This document shows positions 61,911-64,000 of a DNA stretch of 64,000 nucleotides, in pieces (the stretch's first letter is position 1; every line of letters begins with the position of its first letter). The notes beneath the pieces were generated by a model that had not been told where the DNA came from, did not search any database, and saw only the letters and a list, made by a program, of their open reading frames with translations. This DNA is from Eledone cirrhosa (lineage: Eukaryota): assembly GCA_964016885.1 (NCBI GenBank), contig OZ024742.1, forward strand, positions 340,814,001 to 340,878,000. The letters run 5' to 3'. The position numbers and the translations under genes were made by a program.

Positions 61911-61998
<88 letters not shown>

Positions 61999-62232
61999 AA
62001 GGTATATATTGAGTTAGAAACTCAAAATGGTCTCTTACGATAAAATAGCTCTAGGAAAGAGATTTTTCCGAGCCGTATATTATAATTGAATATAAAAGAA
62101 AATGGTAAGCGACCAGATTTGCTAGGGAATATACTAGAAAAGAATACTAACTATAGATAATCGGGTTTGCCAGACTCAATTTAAGAATAAATCAAGAAAA
62201 TAAATACAAACCCGAATTGTAGTAACTACCAA

Positions 62233-62311
62233 TCACCCAGACAGCTTTCGTCAGCTGTTTCGCAAAATTAATTGTGAAGAAGAATACCGATTCTTGCTCA
62301 TCAGTGGGTGA
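62233..62311 (-). ncRNA. Canonical type I hammerhead ribozyme (GUC)
   Basis: rc: tcaccca-CTGATGA-gcaaga...ttttgc-GAAA-cagct gacgaa agctg-TC-tgggtga. Confidence 0.92.
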
Positions 62312-62377
62312 AGAATTAGTATCCTGAACACTTCTAAGTATATTAAAAAACGGGATAGTGTGCGTATATATAATAAC

Positions 62378-62445
<68 letters not shown>

Positions 62446-62511
62446 GTGTGATTCTAATTTATTGTAAAATTGTATTCGTTGAATAATCAACGAACCATAT
62501 ACACTTTTGGT

Positions 62512-62544
<33 letters not shown>

Positions 62545-62555
62545 GTATATATATA

Positions 62556-62625
<70 letters not shown>

Positions 62626-62758
62626 TATATAAATATGTATCGAGTACTATTCTGAGTTGTGATCTCGCTGTCCGTATCGCAAAGAATTTCTGTATATAAA
62701 TATATATGAATAGAGATCGATATACAATATATAATGATCAAGTGGCTCTATGATACCT

Positions 62759-62833
<75 letters not shown>
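62759..62833. repeat. (TATC)n microsatellite
   Basis: Direct reading; one of dozens of (TA)n, (CA)n, (GA)n, (TTC)n and (GAT)n tracts in the window. Confidence 0.95.
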
Positions 62834-62834
<1 letters not shown>

Positions 62835-62847
62835 TTATATATATTGG

Positions 62848-62942
62848 ATTGTAGAGTAGGTAATATGAAAAAAGTCAGGACCCCGACGGCTGAGCTCCGG
62901 CCGTTTCGACAGCTATCGGATCTAACTGTCAAATCTAGCTGT
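62848..62942 (-). repeat. Partial half-hammerhead palindrome family copy
   Basis: ggaccccgacggctgagctccggccgtttcgacagcta. Confidence 0.75.
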
Positions 62943-63091
62943 AAGTATGCATGCGTACACACATACAAAACACCCACCCAAACACACACACACATATATA
63001 CACAAACACACACCAACCCACCCACCCACACACAAACACACACACACATATACACAAACACACACACACACAAAAGCATACGCAAACACTC

Positions 63092-63176
<85 letters not shown>

Positions 63177-63237
63177 TATACACAAACACACACATACGCA
63201 AATACACACCCACACAGACACAAACACACACACACAA

Positions 63238-63272
<35 letters not shown>

Positions 63273-64000
63273 CATACATATGTAGGTATGGGTACATTAA
63301 CAACATTTGATTCATGTGTAAACAAACGCCCCGATTAATGCTGTGCCATGGCCGATGACAAAATGTCATCTGTTTGTTCAACACTGGCATTGAGGAACAA
63401 TCAACATGTTTTTGGGTCATTATCCTTCATCAGGTCAGCATACATCTACAAATCTGTTGACCGGTTGAAAATATATAGTATTTTCTTAAGTACACATCGG
63501 CTGAGTAGCCTCATTTGCATGCTGAAAACTAAAAGTAAAATTAGAATTTTATTTATCGTATATATATATATATATATAAGCAAGATGTATGGTAGGTCGT
63601 ACGTGAATCGCGATGATCACGCCTGGCCTACCAAATATGTGACGGTAGCTAGTTAAGCTCTATGCGTATAAGCAGAGCAGAAATATTAATGAAAAAGAAC
63701 AAAGGAACTATTATGACATTATAACAAGTTTATTGCAGACAGCCGTTTCGTCCGACTATATGGTGGGTCTTATGAAGACATATAACAGGTGATTGTAAGT
63801 TCATTATTTACATCAACGTTTCACTCAAGATTAGCAGTTTGAAATCGTGGTATACATCAACAGCTCCGCTTGTATATTTGGGGTCTATATTCTAAGGGGG
63901 CTCTTTTATATTAGTTGTAGGAGTTGTAAAAGGGATGGGTTATAGGGAGTTAAGAGAATTTGAAAAGGGCCTAAGAGTTAGGGATTGAAGGTTAAAAATT

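Larger units (their letters stand above)
60589..61918 (+). mobile_element. Tandem HHR-containing repeat, 630-nt unit x ~2.1, flanked by (TA)n (retrozyme-like)
   Basis: Unit starts tatagtcacttatatattatgaag at ~60589, 61218 and 61848; one HHR per unit; no ORF. Confidence 0.88.

Noticed and set aside
63733-63782. Minus-strand ...ggacGAAAcggctgTC
   Set aside because: Upstream core reads TTCATAA and stem I does not pair.

Overview
AT-rich, microsatellite-laden eukaryotic DNA with no recognisable host gene. It is probably from a mollusc or octopus, inferred from the SINE and repeat content only. Most listed ORFs are (TA)n/(CA)n artefacts. The real coding remnants are retroelements: two RTE-type LINEs, a CR1/L2-group fragment, two CRE-like fragments, and about ten Penelope-like element (PLE) copies or fragments, two of them near full length with pseudo-LTRs. 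SINEs, a Tc1/mariner-type MITE and a non-autonomous Helitron are also present. The main result is that reading both strands by eye gives roughly 30 type I hammerhead ribozyme (HHR) motifs from more than 15 unrelated sequence families. They include two tandem HHR repeats (630 nt and 466 nt units, retrozyme-like), U3-A8 and U4C core variants, a family with an ultra-short stem III, HHR-bearing long inverted repeats, and a recurrent palindrome built from the 3' half of an HHR. All folds were assigned by eye, coordinates may be off by a few nt, and no activity has been shown.
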